Assembly (NCBI RefSeq): GCF_028289625.1
Contig: NZ_JANQOM010000053.1
Span: 2,023-66,022, forward strand
From: Winogradskyella sp.
GTDB lineage: Bacteria; Bacteroidota; Bacteroidia; Flavobacteriales; Flavobacteriaceae
Length of the DNA: 64,000 bases
Direction of reading: 5' to 3'
The notes under the pieces were generated by a model. It was not told where the DNA came from, made no database searches, and saw only the letters and a list, made by a program, of their open reading frames with translations. This document shows, piece after piece, positions 37,285-47,448 of this stretch (position 1 is the stretch's first letter; each line of letters starts with the position of its first letter). The position numbers and the translations under genes were made by a program.

Positions 37285-38810
37285 TCGATTAATATCCGTT
37301 TACTTACCGAACGATTTTCTGAATTAATTTTTAATATATAAATACCAGAAGTTAAATTACCAATATCAATTTTTTTGGTACTCCTTTTACTTTTAATCAT
37401 AAGTTGGCCTAAAGTATTGTAAAGCTCTATATAGTCTATTGGTTCATCTGTTTTTATATTGATATAATCTGATGTTGGATTAGGGTATATATTAAATTTA
37501 TCTTCAAGAACCTCATCAGTTCCCAAATTATTTTGATAAACACGTACATAATCTATAACCATAGCACTTTCAGTAAAACTAGAATCTATAGTACCTGCAA
37601 AACCACCCATGGCCACATTCAATATTAAATACTGTTCTAAATCAAATGGCCAAGTATCAGCATCCTTAACAGCAGGATTATAGGTATAATACCCAACATC
37701 GTCTATCATAAAGGTTATTTGGTTGGGTGACCAATTCATGGAATAGACATGAAAATCATTAGCTACATCTGCCAATGGAAAGGTTTCGGTATTTACGGTA
37801 TTACCAAAACTAGAAGGTGTATGTATGGCACAACTCACTTCATTAGTAGCATGTAAGCCATGCTCCATAACATCCAATTCGCCGCAAGCAGGCCAAGTTG
37901 TAGTACCAAAACCTTGAGTTTGCCAATAAGCACCAGTCTCATTAATATTTTTACCAAGTGTCCATATAGCAGGCCAAGTACCATTACCTGCTGGTAATTT
38001 TGCCCTAACATCTACCCTGCCATACGTAAAGGCAAACTTAGAATTTAACCTTGCTGAAGTATAATTTAAGGTCACTCCATCTTGGGTTAAGTTTTCGTTC
38101 TTAGCCACTATGTTTAAGAAGCCATTTTCTACAAATGAATTATCCAAACGATCCGTATAGTGCTGCTCTTCTCCATTAAACCACTGGCCTCCATTTGGTC
38201 CAAATGTTTGATGATACCACTTTGTCCCATCAACTACTTCTGGAATAGAGCTGTCAAACTCATCAGACCACACCAAATCTGTATAAATCACATCGAGTTC
38301 ATGAGGGTCACTTGCAGCAGAACCGTTATTAATATCATCTATACGAAATGCACCTGGTATGTTGCTTCCATCATCTATTCTAATCACCAACCTGCTGTAC
38401 GTGCCACTTCCACCAACCGTTGAAAAATCAAAAGTGAGGTTTGACCAATTATTTTGATTTGATGGTACGGCAACACTAACCTCTACGTCGGGATTTGTAC
38501 CATTCTCTAATTTAACAACAACCATATGAGTATTTGGGTCAAAGGCATAGAATCGCATTGTAATTTCATCCTCTGTATCTAAATCAATTGGTTGGGATAA
38601 ATCAATATAATGGCCTTGTTCGGATGTAGAACCTGAGCGGAAAAACTCTCCTGTAGGATTATTGGAATCTGTTGGAGATGGTACAATAGTGAATGTACTG
38701 CCGCCCCAAACATTAAAATTATGCGAACTGTCTGAGAAATCGATTGGCATCTGCTGTGAAAACAACAAACTTATTGAGAAAAAAAATATTAGCAGGTAAT
38801 TTAACTTCAT
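37281..38810 (-). CDS. GH16 glycoside hydrolase (laminarinase-like) with T9SS C-terminal sorting domain
   Basis: WSDEF, WPAIW, GELDVME catalytic motif; IYPNP...GIYILKI CTD. Confidence 0.92.
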   Translation of the reverse strand: MKLNYLLIFFFSISLLFSQQMPIDFSDSSHNFNVWGGSTFTIVPSPTDSNNPTGEFFRSGSTSEQGHYIDLSQPIDLDTEDEITMRFYAFDPNTHMVVVKLENGTNPDVEVSVAVPSNQNNWSNLTFDFSTVGGSGTYSRLVIRIDDGSNIPGAFRIDDINNGSAASDPHELDVIYTDLVWSDEFDSSIPEVVDGTKWYHQTFGPNGGQWFNGEEQHYTDRLDNSFVENGFLNIVAKNENLTQDGVTLNYTSARLNSKFAFTYGRVDVRAKLPAGNGTWPAIWTLGKNINETGAYWQTQGFGTTTWPACGELDVMEHGLHATNEVSCAIHTPSSFGNTVNTETFPLADVANDFHVYSMNWSPNQITFMIDDVGYYTYNPAVKDADTWPFDLEQYLILNVAMGGFAGTIDSSFTESAMVIDYVRVYQNNLGTDEVLEDKFNIYPNPTSDYINIKTDEPIDYIELYNTLGQLMIKSKRSTKKIDIGNLTSGIYILKINSENRSVSKRILID

Positions 38811-38890
38811 AGAATCTATTTTTGTCTAAAAATAGAAATACTATAAACTAATCACTAGAAATTGACCTATACAAAAACTGTACAGACGAG

Positions 38891-41800
38891 CTATTTAAAT
38901 CCTATATACTCATCTTGAGCATCGAGAATTTCCTTAACATAAGCTTTGTACTCAGGGTAATCTTCTGGGGATATATCTTCTATTGAAGTGTTACATCTAA
39001 TTGAAACTTTCAACTGACTTGGCTTAGGCTTATCATAAGTAATATTGTAAAAATGATTTTTGAATGAAAAAGCCTTACTCTCTGGTATTTCAACGAAAGA
39101 CTTATCGCCCTCTAAATCAATAATGTAATCTGTTGTATAGATGTCCACATACTCATATTGAATATAATCGATTGGAAAATTTCGTTTTTCAAGCTGAATA
39201 ATTGAGCTTTCATAGGGATGTGTAATAATAGGTAACTGTAAAATTTTAATTGAACCTATACTATTTAATTTCTTATTGATTGTTAAATCAGACGTATATG
39301 AAATCATTTTATCATCATTCTTATTATCTATTTGAGACACATCATTTAATGTAAAATCATCGAATATTTTACCTTTATAATCATCCAAAATAGATTTTTT
39401 AATCACCTCAGGATTGGGTTCATCAAATACTTGATTATAGTAAGATGCATTATGTCCTTTAACCTTAGACGTTATAAGCAGATTCATATTTTTTTCTGTA
39501 ACCCCAACAACTACTATATTATTAATCTCCGATTTATCCCTAGCAATATTGTCTAAATGAAATAATTCATATTGTATTTTAGCTTCTTGGGAATCAAATG
39601 GTATTTCTAGTGCCGTTGCTCCACGCAAACTCGTAGGAAGTGATTTATAAGGTAAGTATTTATCCGTCAATTCTAAAAACTGTTCTTTGCCATCAATGAT
39701 GACCTTGACGATGCAATGATTAAAATTGGTACTCGGTAAAACCATATCATTTCTTCCGTAATCAGATGTAAGTATTAATACAAGATTTGACTTTAAATCT
39801 GCCATTTTGGCCAGAGTGGTAAATAATGTTGAAAAATCCTTACAATCCCCCAATTTGGTATTTATGGTTTTTGAGGGCTTTTGCGGTATAAAACCACTTT
39901 GCCTAAAGTTGACATAGCTATAATTAAAGTCCGAAGTCACATAATTATAAATAATTTTGGCTCTTTCATCTTCACTCAAATTTTTATGGCCATTGGGAAA
40001 CAATTTCTTAAACTCAGATTTAACCAAATCATTAACCTCTATTCTAGAACGTACCAAATCAGAATACCATTCCGAAACTTCATTCCAATCATTGATTGTG
40101 CTAAAATGCAAGTACCCCACTTCATCGACAGAGTTTGGCATATAGTCCTCTGCAAAAGGTAGCGTAGTCGGACTATCTAATTCCCATTGATAAAGCGTAT
40201 ATTCTTTTCTCTTATCAATCTTAGGTCGCAAATCACCATTGACAAACTTATAGTTGAGCTTTCGAGAATTTGGAATTAAAACTTTTGCCGAAGACTTTAC
40301 AATAGGGTGAAAAGAGAAAAATTGATACTTATCGGAAATATCCTTATAGAAATGGCCTGTGGTTGACGTAGTTCCTTCATAATCAATATAGACGATATCA
40401 CCTAAACTTATATCTGTAAAAACAAGACTTGAACCGCTTTTGTCCGCAGGCACAATATTGCCATTTGGTTTAATGAGTTCTGATTTTGTAATAGTATAAG
40501 ATCCCGTTAGACCCAAGTTGTATTCTTTAAATGTATCTATACCACTATTTGATGTAATCTCATAAATATAGATGTAGCGATACTTAAAACCTCCCTCTTT
40601 ATAAATTTCGATATAACTATCATCCAGAAGAATATTAAATCCATAATTATTGGATTTAATTTTGTTTCTGTTCACCTTTACAAAACCATAAACATCGTCC
40701 AAAACCAATTCTTTTATATTATCAGGTTTATTGGATAAATCCGAAATCTTTTTTCTTAAACCAGAATCGCCACTATTATGCGTCAAAGCCTTTTTGTAAT
40801 ATTTTAAGGCTTCATTAGGCTGGTCTAATTGTCTTAGTATATCTCCTTTAAATTCCATGGCGACAAAACTGTAAGGGAAGTTTTCCAATAACTGATTGGC
40901 ATAGGGCAATGCCTCTTTATACCTTTGATATTCAATCAGTTTATTTACTATTCTTTTAACATAAGCGTTATTTGACTTCAAATCGTCATAGTATTTTGTG
41001 ATCAGTCCAATACATTTTTCCTTTTCATTTCTATCTTCGTAATATCTTAATAACTTATTTTCAGCCTCCATAGAGAAGGTTCTAGAAATCATCATCTCAA
41101 GCAACTCAATAGTTTTATCCTGATCTTGAAATACTTGGTCATAAAGGGAGATAAATGTGAGGTCAAAACTATTATTTCCGGCAGAGTTTTCATGAATAGC
41201 ATCTAGTGCTTTACGAAGCTCAACAAGATTCTCCTTTCTAGCATAATAAAAGAAGTCCGCAGAAGCATGAAAAAGTTTGGAGTCAAAGGCCTTTTTTAGC
41301 TTATTAATATAGTCCTCAAAATCGGTCATGCTCATTCTGAGCAAGTCATTATAATTCGCCAACTTATTAAGTATTGGTAAATAATAATCAGGGTCGTCTC
41401 TTTCTATATTCTCATTTAATTCATTTATGGAGGTATCATCATTTTCAAGGTTATAGGTGGTTATTAGTGCCTTTCTCAAAAATGAACTTTCTGGGTACTT
41501 TTCATAATATGGCATAATTACAGCTCTTGCCTCATTATATCTTGAATTCCTTATATAGGTGTTGAAAAGAGCATAATGATAGAAAAAGTTCTCTTTATTT
41601 TTTTTAACTTTTTCTTTAAAATATAATTCAAAGTCATTCTCTTTAAACTCTGGCGACAGCGCTTGCAAATTCGAAGTATTATATTTGACAGGTTTACTAG
41701 AAATATTCAAACCCTTAATCGGCATTTTTAATTCATCGAAAACAGAAATTAAAAAATAGGAAGAAGAGTTGCTTTCGGCATTTTTAATAACTAAACGATT

Positions 41801-42643
41801 TGTGCCCTTCGGTAAATTTACCTTTAATTCGTACCCACTAAGATCTGTGCTAACATCTTTATCATTTTTAAAAATCTCGATATCATTCAAGAATATCTTA
41901 AATGCAGATCCACTTCCTATCCGTAAAATTACTCGTTGATCTACTGGAGATGTTATGAACGTTTGAGCATAATGTACTCCTGACCCATACTCAGCGTGAT
42001 TTTCAAAAAATTGATAGGCTTGTCCCTTGCTTACTTTATCATACCATTTTAATGATCCATTACTCCTAGCGTCAAAAATCACATCATCGTCCGATTGCAC
42101 TTCAGGTTTGTAGAACTTGTCAATCCCACTTTCATTTAAGTTTTCGAAAACACCACAATATTGCCAATCGTTGATACTATTTATTTTTTCGTTATCTGCA
42201 TAGTACGATTCCCAGTCATTGAGATGACGCTTTACAACGGATTGCATATAGATTAATGCATCTTTTAAATCAACGTTTGTCACCCTATCTGGGGTTATAT
42301 GATTTATGAGTTTAACATTTTGATTATTAAAACCGTTACTTATATAATCATCAAATATGAATGGATTACCCCAAAAAGCATATAAGAAATATTCAAAATC
42401 TTCCTGCTCTAAAAACTGCTCTACAAAACTCTCATTTCGCTCTAGCTTTCCTGCTTCTATTCTAGAAACTTCATTTAAAACCAGCCACTCGATGGTATTC
42501 TCTTCTTCTTCGTGAAGAATTTTAACGGCTTCCTCACGATTGTTTTTTAGGAGGTTATCCCAAAACGTATCATAGCTATTTTGAGCATTCGAATAAAAAA
42601 TTGTGAGCAAAAAAATAAATAGGAAAAAATGTGATTTTTTCAT
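38891..42643 (-). CDS. Large TPR + DUF3857/transglutaminase-like domain protein
   Basis: GDCKD and FNHCI transglutaminase-like motifs; TPR helices; signal peptide. Confidence 0.85.
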   Translation of the reverse strand: MKKSHFFLFIFLLTIFYSNAQNSYDTFWDNLLKNNREEAVKILHEEEENTIEWLVLNEVSRIEAGKLERNESFVEQFLEQEDFEYFLYAFWGNPFIFDDYISNGFNNQNVKLINHITPDRVTNVDLKDALIYMQSVVKRHLNDWESYYADNEKINSINDWQYCGVFENLNESGIDKFYKPEVQSDDDVIFDARSNGSLKWYDKVSKGQAYQFFENHAEYGSGVHYAQTFITSPVDQRVILRIGSGSAFKIFLNDIEIFKNDKDVSTDLSGYELKVNLPKGTNRLVIKNAESNSSSYFLISVFDELKMPIKGLNISSKPVKYNTSNLQALSPEFKENDFELYFKEKVKKNKENFFYHYALFNTYIRNSRYNEARAVIMPYYEKYPESSFLRKALITTYNLENDDTSINELNENIERDDPDYYLPILNKLANYNDLLRMSMTDFEDYINKLKKAFDSKLFHASADFFYYARKENLVELRKALDAIHENSAGNNSFDLTFISLYDQVFQDQDKTIELLEMMISRTFSMEAENKLLRYYEDRNEKEKCIGLITKYYDDLKSNNAYVKRIVNKLIEYQRYKEALPYANQLLENFPYSFVAMEFKGDILRQLDQPNEALKYYKKALTHNSGDSGLRKKISDLSNKPDNIKELVLDDVYGFVKVNRNKIKSNNYGFNILLDDSYIEIYKEGGFKYRYIYIYEITSNSGIDTFKEYNLGLTGSYTITKSELIKPNGNIVPADKSGSSLVFTDISLGDIVYIDYEGTTSTTGHFYKDISDKYQFFSFHPIVKSSAKVLIPNSRKLNYKFVNGDLRPKIDKRKEYTLYQWELDSPTTLPFAEDYMPNSVDEVGYLHFSTINDWNEVSEWYSDLVRSRIEVNDLVKSEFKKLFPNGHKNLSEDERAKIIYNYVTSDFNYSYVNFRQSGFIPQKPSKTINTKLGDCKDFSTLFTTLAKMADLKSNLVLILTSDYGRNDMVLPSTNFNHCIVKVIIDGKEQFLELTDKYLPYKSLPTSLRGATALEIPFDSQEAKIQYELFHLDNIARDKSEINNIVVVGVTEKNMNLLITSKVKGHNASYYNQVFDEPNPEVIKKSILDDYKGKIFDDFTLNDVSQIDNKNDDKMISYTSDLTINKKLNSIGSIKILQLPIITHPYESSIIQLEKRNFPIDYIQYEYVDIYTTDYIIDLEGDKSFVEIPESKAFSFKNHFYNITYDKPKPSQLKVSIRCNTSIEDISPEDYPEYKAYVKEILDAQDEYIGFK

Positions 42644-42661
42644 TGAGAAGAGAGTTTGAAA

Positions 42662-43852
42662 TTAAATTGATTGTATGATACTTACCATGCTTTCAGCTCT
42701 TGTTTTAACTTCCTCAGTTGTCCAAGATAATTTAATCAAACAAGAGATATTTCTGGAGATATAAGCATCTGATTGTTCAAAAGTCTTTGTGTCAAGGTAT
42801 CGCAATCCATCTTTGACTTCTTTTGAAATAGGAAATAAAGATTTCAACTCTTTAAGGTGATCCCACTTTCTTATGTAATGCCAATTATTATCGTAATAGT
42901 GAAAACATCCATCGATACCATTATCCTTAAAAGCTTCGGAAACTTTTCTAGTTGTATCTAAATCAGGTAAGAAAAAATTTAAAAACGCATAGCTTTCTGT
43001 ACCACCTTCAGGCACCCTCCTAAATTCAACTTCTGCAATTTGAGAAAGTGCTTCTCTAATGATTGTATAGTTTCTCCTTTGAATTTCGATAAACTCTGGC
43101 AATCTCTTAACTTGAGCCAAACCAACAGCAGCATTTAACTCAGATATTCTAAAATTATATCCTAAAAAAGGATGGGTTTCTGCACCACGATCATGACCTA
43201 CATGATCATGGCCATGGTCTGAATAATGATCTGCGTTTATATAATAGTCCTCATTATTGGTGACAACAGCTCCACCTTCACCACAGGTAATGGTTTTTAC
43301 AAAATCGAAAGAAAAACAGCCTACATCGGCAATGCTTCCTAAAGGTTGTCCTTTATAGCTTCCGCCTATGGCCTGACAAGCATCTTCAACGAATATCAAA
43401 TCGTATTTATCGCAAACTGAACGTAAAGCATCCATATCACCCATACTCCCACACATCTGCACGATCATTACAGCCTTAGTTTTTGAGGTCACAGCCTCCT
43501 CTACAGCCTTAGGGTCTAAAGTCAACGTGTCGTCTATATCCACTAAAACCGGAACGGCACCCAGCATCATAATAGCTTCAAAACTCGCCACAAAGGTAAA
43601 TGTTGGCATTATAACCTCATCACCTGCTCCAACACCAGCGGAAGCCAATGCTACTGTTACGGCTGCTGTACCACTAGACACCAATTGCACATGCTTAGAA
43701 TTAAATGCTTTAGTAAGTTCTACTTCAAGTTCTTTAGCTTTCCAATGCCCTTTGCGCATACCATCAAATCCATAACGCATTAAAACACCATTGTCTAACA
43801 CATCATTAACTTCTTTTCGTTCTAAATCACCGAATAATTCGAATCCTGGCAT
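42662..43852 (-). CDS. kdnA: DegT/DnrJ/EryC1/StrS PLP aminotransferase, KdnA-like (8-amino-Kdo transaminase)
   Basis: SSGTAA, EDACQ, FSFDFVKTITCGEGG; MPGFELFG, DHGHDH..DRGAE.HP, NNWHY, LIKLSW recalled from Shewanella KdnA. Confidence 0.75.
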   Translation of the reverse strand: MPGFELFGDLERKEVNDVLDNGVLMRYGFDGMRKGHWKAKELEVELTKAFNSKHVQLVSSGTAAVTVALASAGVGAGDEVIMPTFTFVASFEAIMMLGAVPVLVDIDDTLTLDPKAVEEAVTSKTKAVMIVQMCGSMGDMDALRSVCDKYDLIFVEDACQAIGGSYKGQPLGSIADVGCFSFDFVKTITCGEGGAVVTNNEDYYINADHYSDHGHDHVGHDRGAETHPFLGYNFRISELNAAVGLAQVKRLPEFIEIQRRNYTIIREALSQIAEVEFRRVPEGGTESYAFLNFFLPDLDTTRKVSEAFKDNGIDGCFHYYDNNWHYIRKWDHLKELKSLFPISKEVKDGLRYLDTKTFEQSDAYISRNISCLIKLSWTTEEVKTRAESMVSIIQSI

Positions 43853-43916
43853 AAGTTTATACAGTTATATTCTTACAACAAATATAGCTTTTTGTAGACT
43901 TTTTAAGAGGGTTTAT

Positions 43917-44546
43917 TTATAATTCTACTATAGTTTCAGATAAAGATTTTCTTACTTTTTTTAAATCCGCAAACATATCATCTTCTGCTCTGTAACCAAC
44001 TGGAAACATTAAAACAGAACTCAATCCATATTGGTCTAAATTTAGAGCCTTATCAATTTCTTCAGGAATAAATCCCTCCATAGGGCAGCCATCTATGCCT
44101 TCAACGGCACAAACAGTCATAAGATTGCCAAGGGCGATATAAGCTTGCCTTGTCGCCCAATCGATCTTTTTGTCATAGGGCATTTCGTTTATTGTGGTTT
44201 TCAAACCCTGCTTAAAAGGCTCTAATACGGCATCTGGTGTATTTCGTATTTCTTTAACGGTGTTAAAATGTACATCAACATCAACTTCATCGATATTGTC
44301 TTGAATACAGAGAATTAGGAGATGTGAAGCATCAGCTACTTGCTGCTGACCAAATGAGTGCTCTACCAATTTTTTACGTTTTTCCCTATCTTCTACTATG
44401 ACCATTTTTAATGTCTGTAGTCCATAGGATAAAGCGGTAAGATTAAAAGCTTCCTTTAAAGTCTGAATTTGTTCTTTTGACAGAACTTTTGTAGCATCAA
44501 ATTTCTTAGTAGCATAGCGCCACTTTAATTTTTCTAAAATAGACAT
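43917..44546 (-). CDS. Nitroreductase family NAD(P)H-dependent oxidoreductase
   Basis: WRYATKKFD, SYGLQ, CPMEGF, GYR, KVRK; ATG at 44546 follows a TATCTTTG box. Confidence 0.92.
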   Translation of the reverse strand: MSILEKLKWRYATKKFDATKVLSKEQIQTLKEAFNLTALSYGLQTLKMVIVEDREKRKKLVEHSFGQQQVADASHLLILCIQDNIDEVDVDVHFNTVKEIRNTPDAVLEPFKQGLKTTINEMPYDKKIDWATRQAYIALGNLMTVCAVEGIDGCPMEGFIPEEIDKALNLDQYGLSSVLMFPVGYRAEDDMFADLKKVRKSLSETIVEL

Positions 44547-44761
44547 AGAATTTTTTTTGCAAAGATAATTAATAAGAAAAAGTTTTATAACAAAAAAACA
44601 CTTCACCTTTTCTGTGAAGCGTGTTTTGGATGAGAATGAAGAGGGATTATATATCCTAAATGGTTATCCTAGACAAACATAAATCCACACAACGCTTTGC
44701 GCAGTTGGTTTTCCATTTTCATTCGCCTTCAAAAGCAAGTCTTTGTCAGTTCCAAAAATAC

Positions 44762-44793
44762 AAAACCCAAAACTTTCGTTTCGGGTTTCTTTT
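44762..44793 (-). terminator. Putative terminator hairpin after tRNA-Ser
   Basis: aaacccaaaac-tttc-gtttcgggttt inverted repeat. Confidence 0.55.
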
Positions 44794-44794
44794 G

Positions 44795-44879
44795 CGGAGA
44801 AAGAGGGATTCGAACCCCCGGAGGTGTGACCCTCGCTGGTTTTCAAGACCAGTGCATTCGACCACTCTGCCATTTCTCC
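44795..44879 (-). tRNA. tRNA-Ser(TGA)
   Basis: GGAGAAATGGCAGAGTGGTCGAATGCACTGGTCTTGAAAACCAG...GGTTCGAATCCC; long variable arm. Confidence 0.97.
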
Positions 44880-44925
44880 GATTGCATACCAGCCCAACAA
44901 AAATGCTTTACCGTTCTGGCGGGTG

Positions 44926-44956
44926 CAAATATAAAACCCTTTTTGATGTTGCCAAA
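44926..44956 (-). promoter_or_regulatory. Sigma-A promoter of tRNA-Ser
   Basis: minus strand TTTG-N19-TATATTTG. Confidence 0.7.
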
Positions 44957-45085
44957 GGGTTTTTTTAGTTTTTTCAATTTAATGATGGTCATTGATTTTA
45001 AATAAAATTAGCAACATTAAATTAAGGATTGTATTTTCGGCACAATATATGTTATTAAAAACGTTATCATCACAAATCCATCTTT

Positions 45086-45868
45086 ATGAAACATTATGCA
45101 TTACTTGTAGTCGTTTTTTTAAGTGCGCTTAGCCTTGCGCAGAATAAAACAATAGCTATTGGTGAAAAACTGGTTTATGCAGCGTCTTACAATATGTCGG
45201 GATTGCTGACAGATATTGCACAGGTAAAAATGGAAACTAGTGAGGTTAAAACATCCAAGAGCTCTTTAATGCGTTTAAAATGTACTGCAACTACCTATAA
45301 GGATTGGGATGGTTTTTTTAAGATTAGGGATTTATACGAGAGTTATGTCAATCCAAAGACCTTAACACCATTTCTCTATAAGAGAGACATAAGTGAGGGT
45401 GGTTATTATAAATTTATGCAGTACAAGTATAACCATAAAGCCAAATTGGTAAATAGTTTAAAGCGTAAAAAAAGAAAAGACGGGACGACTTGGGACGAGA
45501 AGAAAAGTGTGAAAATCAAACCTGCAACTAAAGATTTAGTTAGTACTCTTTACTACATTAGGAACTTAGATATACATAAAGCTAGCCCTGGAGATCAGCA
45601 AAATTTTACGGTGCTGTTTGATAACGAAGAACATATAATCACATTAAAATATATAGGTAAAGAGACGATCTCTACAAAGCTAGGAAGAAAAGAATGCTAT
45701 AAATTGGCTATAGTAGCCATAAAAGGAAGTGATCTTCTGAAAGGTAAAAATGACAACTTGCTTTGGCTGACTGCAGACGCAAATAAAATTCCGGTTTATG
45801 CTAAGTTTAAAATTCCTGTCGGAAATGGAGAGTTAAAGATTCAATCTGCTTCGGGTCTAAGAAATTAG
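45086..45868 (+). CDS. DUF3108 family protein
   Basis: GEKLVY, FFKIRDLYESY, LWLTADANKIPV. Confidence 0.8.
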   Translation: MKHYALLVVVFLSALSLAQNKTIAIGEKLVYAASYNMSGLLTDIAQVKMETSEVKTSKSSLMRLKCTATTYKDWDGFFKIRDLYESYVNPKTLTPFLYKRDISEGGYYKFMQYKYNHKAKLVNSLKRKKRKDGTTWDEKKSVKIKPATKDLVSTLYYIRNLDIHKASPGDQQNFTVLFDNEEHIITLKYIGKETISTKLGRKECYKLAIVAIKGSDLLKGKNDNLLWLTADANKIPVYAKFKIPVGNGELKIQSASGLRN

Positions 45869-45899
45869 TTTAAAATACGTTAGTAAAAAACACATCAGA

Positions 45900-46238
45900 A
45901 TGATTAAAAAACTATTCATCATTTTAGGTTTTATAGCGGCAATTTTAGCTGTTATTTTAGCAGTTACTCCGCTTTCGAATTTGGCGATAGCTCCGATTAT
46001 TGTGGCATTTATAAGTGGATTGGTAATACTCTTGGTCTCAAAAAAAGAGAAAACCAAAACTAAAACCATCCAATATATTTTTCTGATGGTCATAATAGCT
46101 TTGTTTTTAACTATTTATAAAGGCATCTACGCTACTTCAGAAATTGGTAATACTGAACAACTAGAGCAACGCGATGAGGAAAACCTTGAAGATTCTAAAG
46201 AAATCTTAGAAGACATTGAGTTTGATGAAGATTTATAG
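45900..46238 (+). CDS. Hypothetical membrane protein
   Basis: 3 TM segments, acidic tail. Confidence 0.7.
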   Translation: MIKKLFIILGFIAAILAVILAVTPLSNLAIAPIIVAFISGLVILLVSKKEKTKTKTIQYIFLMVIIALFLTIYKGIYATSEIGNTEQLEQRDEENLEDSKEILEDIEFDEDL

Positions 46239-46305
46239 AATTTCGTTACTTACCTAAAAAATATTTGATGCTTTTAACTTATTTTTGCGCAAATCAAATA
46301 GTTAC

Positions 46306-47337
46306 ATGAAATTTTTAATTGCCTCAGCTCTAGTCCTTGTCGGTTCTTGTTCAACAATTCGACATAGTGAAAAGATAGATAATTTAAAGGAAAGCATATC
46401 CTATGATAATGCAAATACGGTTGAGCAATATTTAAGTACTATTAACTCAGAGCAACTGAGAACTTACGTCGAAGAAATATCCTCTGATAAATATGAAGGA
46501 CGCATGACTGGTGAGAAAGGTCATGATAACGTTTGTGACTACATTAGAAATTATTATAAATCACTTAATATTAAGGCGCCAGAATCGCATTCAAATTATT
46601 ATCAAAAGGTGCCCAAAAAGGCTTTACCAGAGAATATAAACGATTCACAAAATGTTATTGCTTATATAGAAGGTTCAGAATTTCCTGATGAATACATTTA
46701 TATAGCCGCTCATTCCGATCACGAAGGTATCATTGACGGTGAAATATATTCAGGAGCTGATGATAACGGTTCTGGTACAGCAGCTATATTTGAGATGGCA
46801 GAAGCCTTTAAAATGGCGTCAAATGACGGAAATGGCCCTAAGCGAAGCATTGTTTTTTTGCATGTTACTGCCGAAGAGGTAGGACTGCATGGTTCTCGCT
46901 ATTATACCGACAATCCAATCTTTCCTTTAGAAAATACCATTAGCACCATAAATATAGATATGATTGGCCGTGTTGATGAACGTCACAAAGACAATGAAGA
47001 TTACATCTATGTTATTGGTGCAGATCGCATAAGTACTGAGCTCCATTACATAATACAAGAAGCAAATTCTAATTTTGTAAACTTAGATTTAGACTATAAG
47101 TACAATGAGGATAGTGACCCAAACCGCTATTTCTACAGATCGGACCATTACAATTTTGCCGTAAAGGACATTCCTGTTGTTTTCTTTTTTAACGGTGAAC
47201 ACGAAGATTATACAAAGCCTACCGATACGGCAGACAAAATCAATTATCTACTTCTGGAAAAACGAACAAAGCTAATCTTTGCTACGGTATGGTATTTGGC
47301 TTATTCCCCCACTCCATTAAATCCAGAAATCATTTAG
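46306..47337 (+). CDS. M28 family metallopeptidase lipoprotein
   Basis: AHSDH, GADDNGSG, EEVGL, NIDMIG, RSDH; lipobox VGSC. Confidence 0.92.
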   Translation: MKFLIASALVLVGSCSTIRHSEKIDNLKESISYDNANTVEQYLSTINSEQLRTYVEEISSDKYEGRMTGEKGHDNVCDYIRNYYKSLNIKAPESHSNYYQKVPKKALPENINDSQNVIAYIEGSEFPDEYIYIAAHSDHEGIIDGEIYSGADDNGSGTAAIFEMAEAFKMASNDGNGPKRSIVFLHVTAEEVGLHGSRYYTDNPIFPLENTISTINIDMIGRVDERHKDNEDYIYVIGADRISTELHYIIQEANSNFVNLDLDYKYNEDSDPNRYFYRSDHYNFAVKDIPVVFFFNGEHEDYTKPTDTADKINYLLLEKRTKLIFATVWYLAYSPTPLNPEII

Positions 47338-47448
47338 TGTTAAAGTTTATTAAAAGCTAAGAAGCTTATAATTTTCAGCTTTTGATTTTTCGTATTTTTG
47401 GTAGCTTACTTAAGCTAAAATTATAGCTTATAAACTAAAAATTTTCAA

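Noticed and set aside
37281..38810. Polysaccharide utilisation locus around the GH16
   Set aside because: No SusC/SusD pair or other CAZymes nearby.
44660..45005. Three ORFs overlapping tRNA-Ser
   Set aside because: Artefacts of the tRNA sequence and its promoter.
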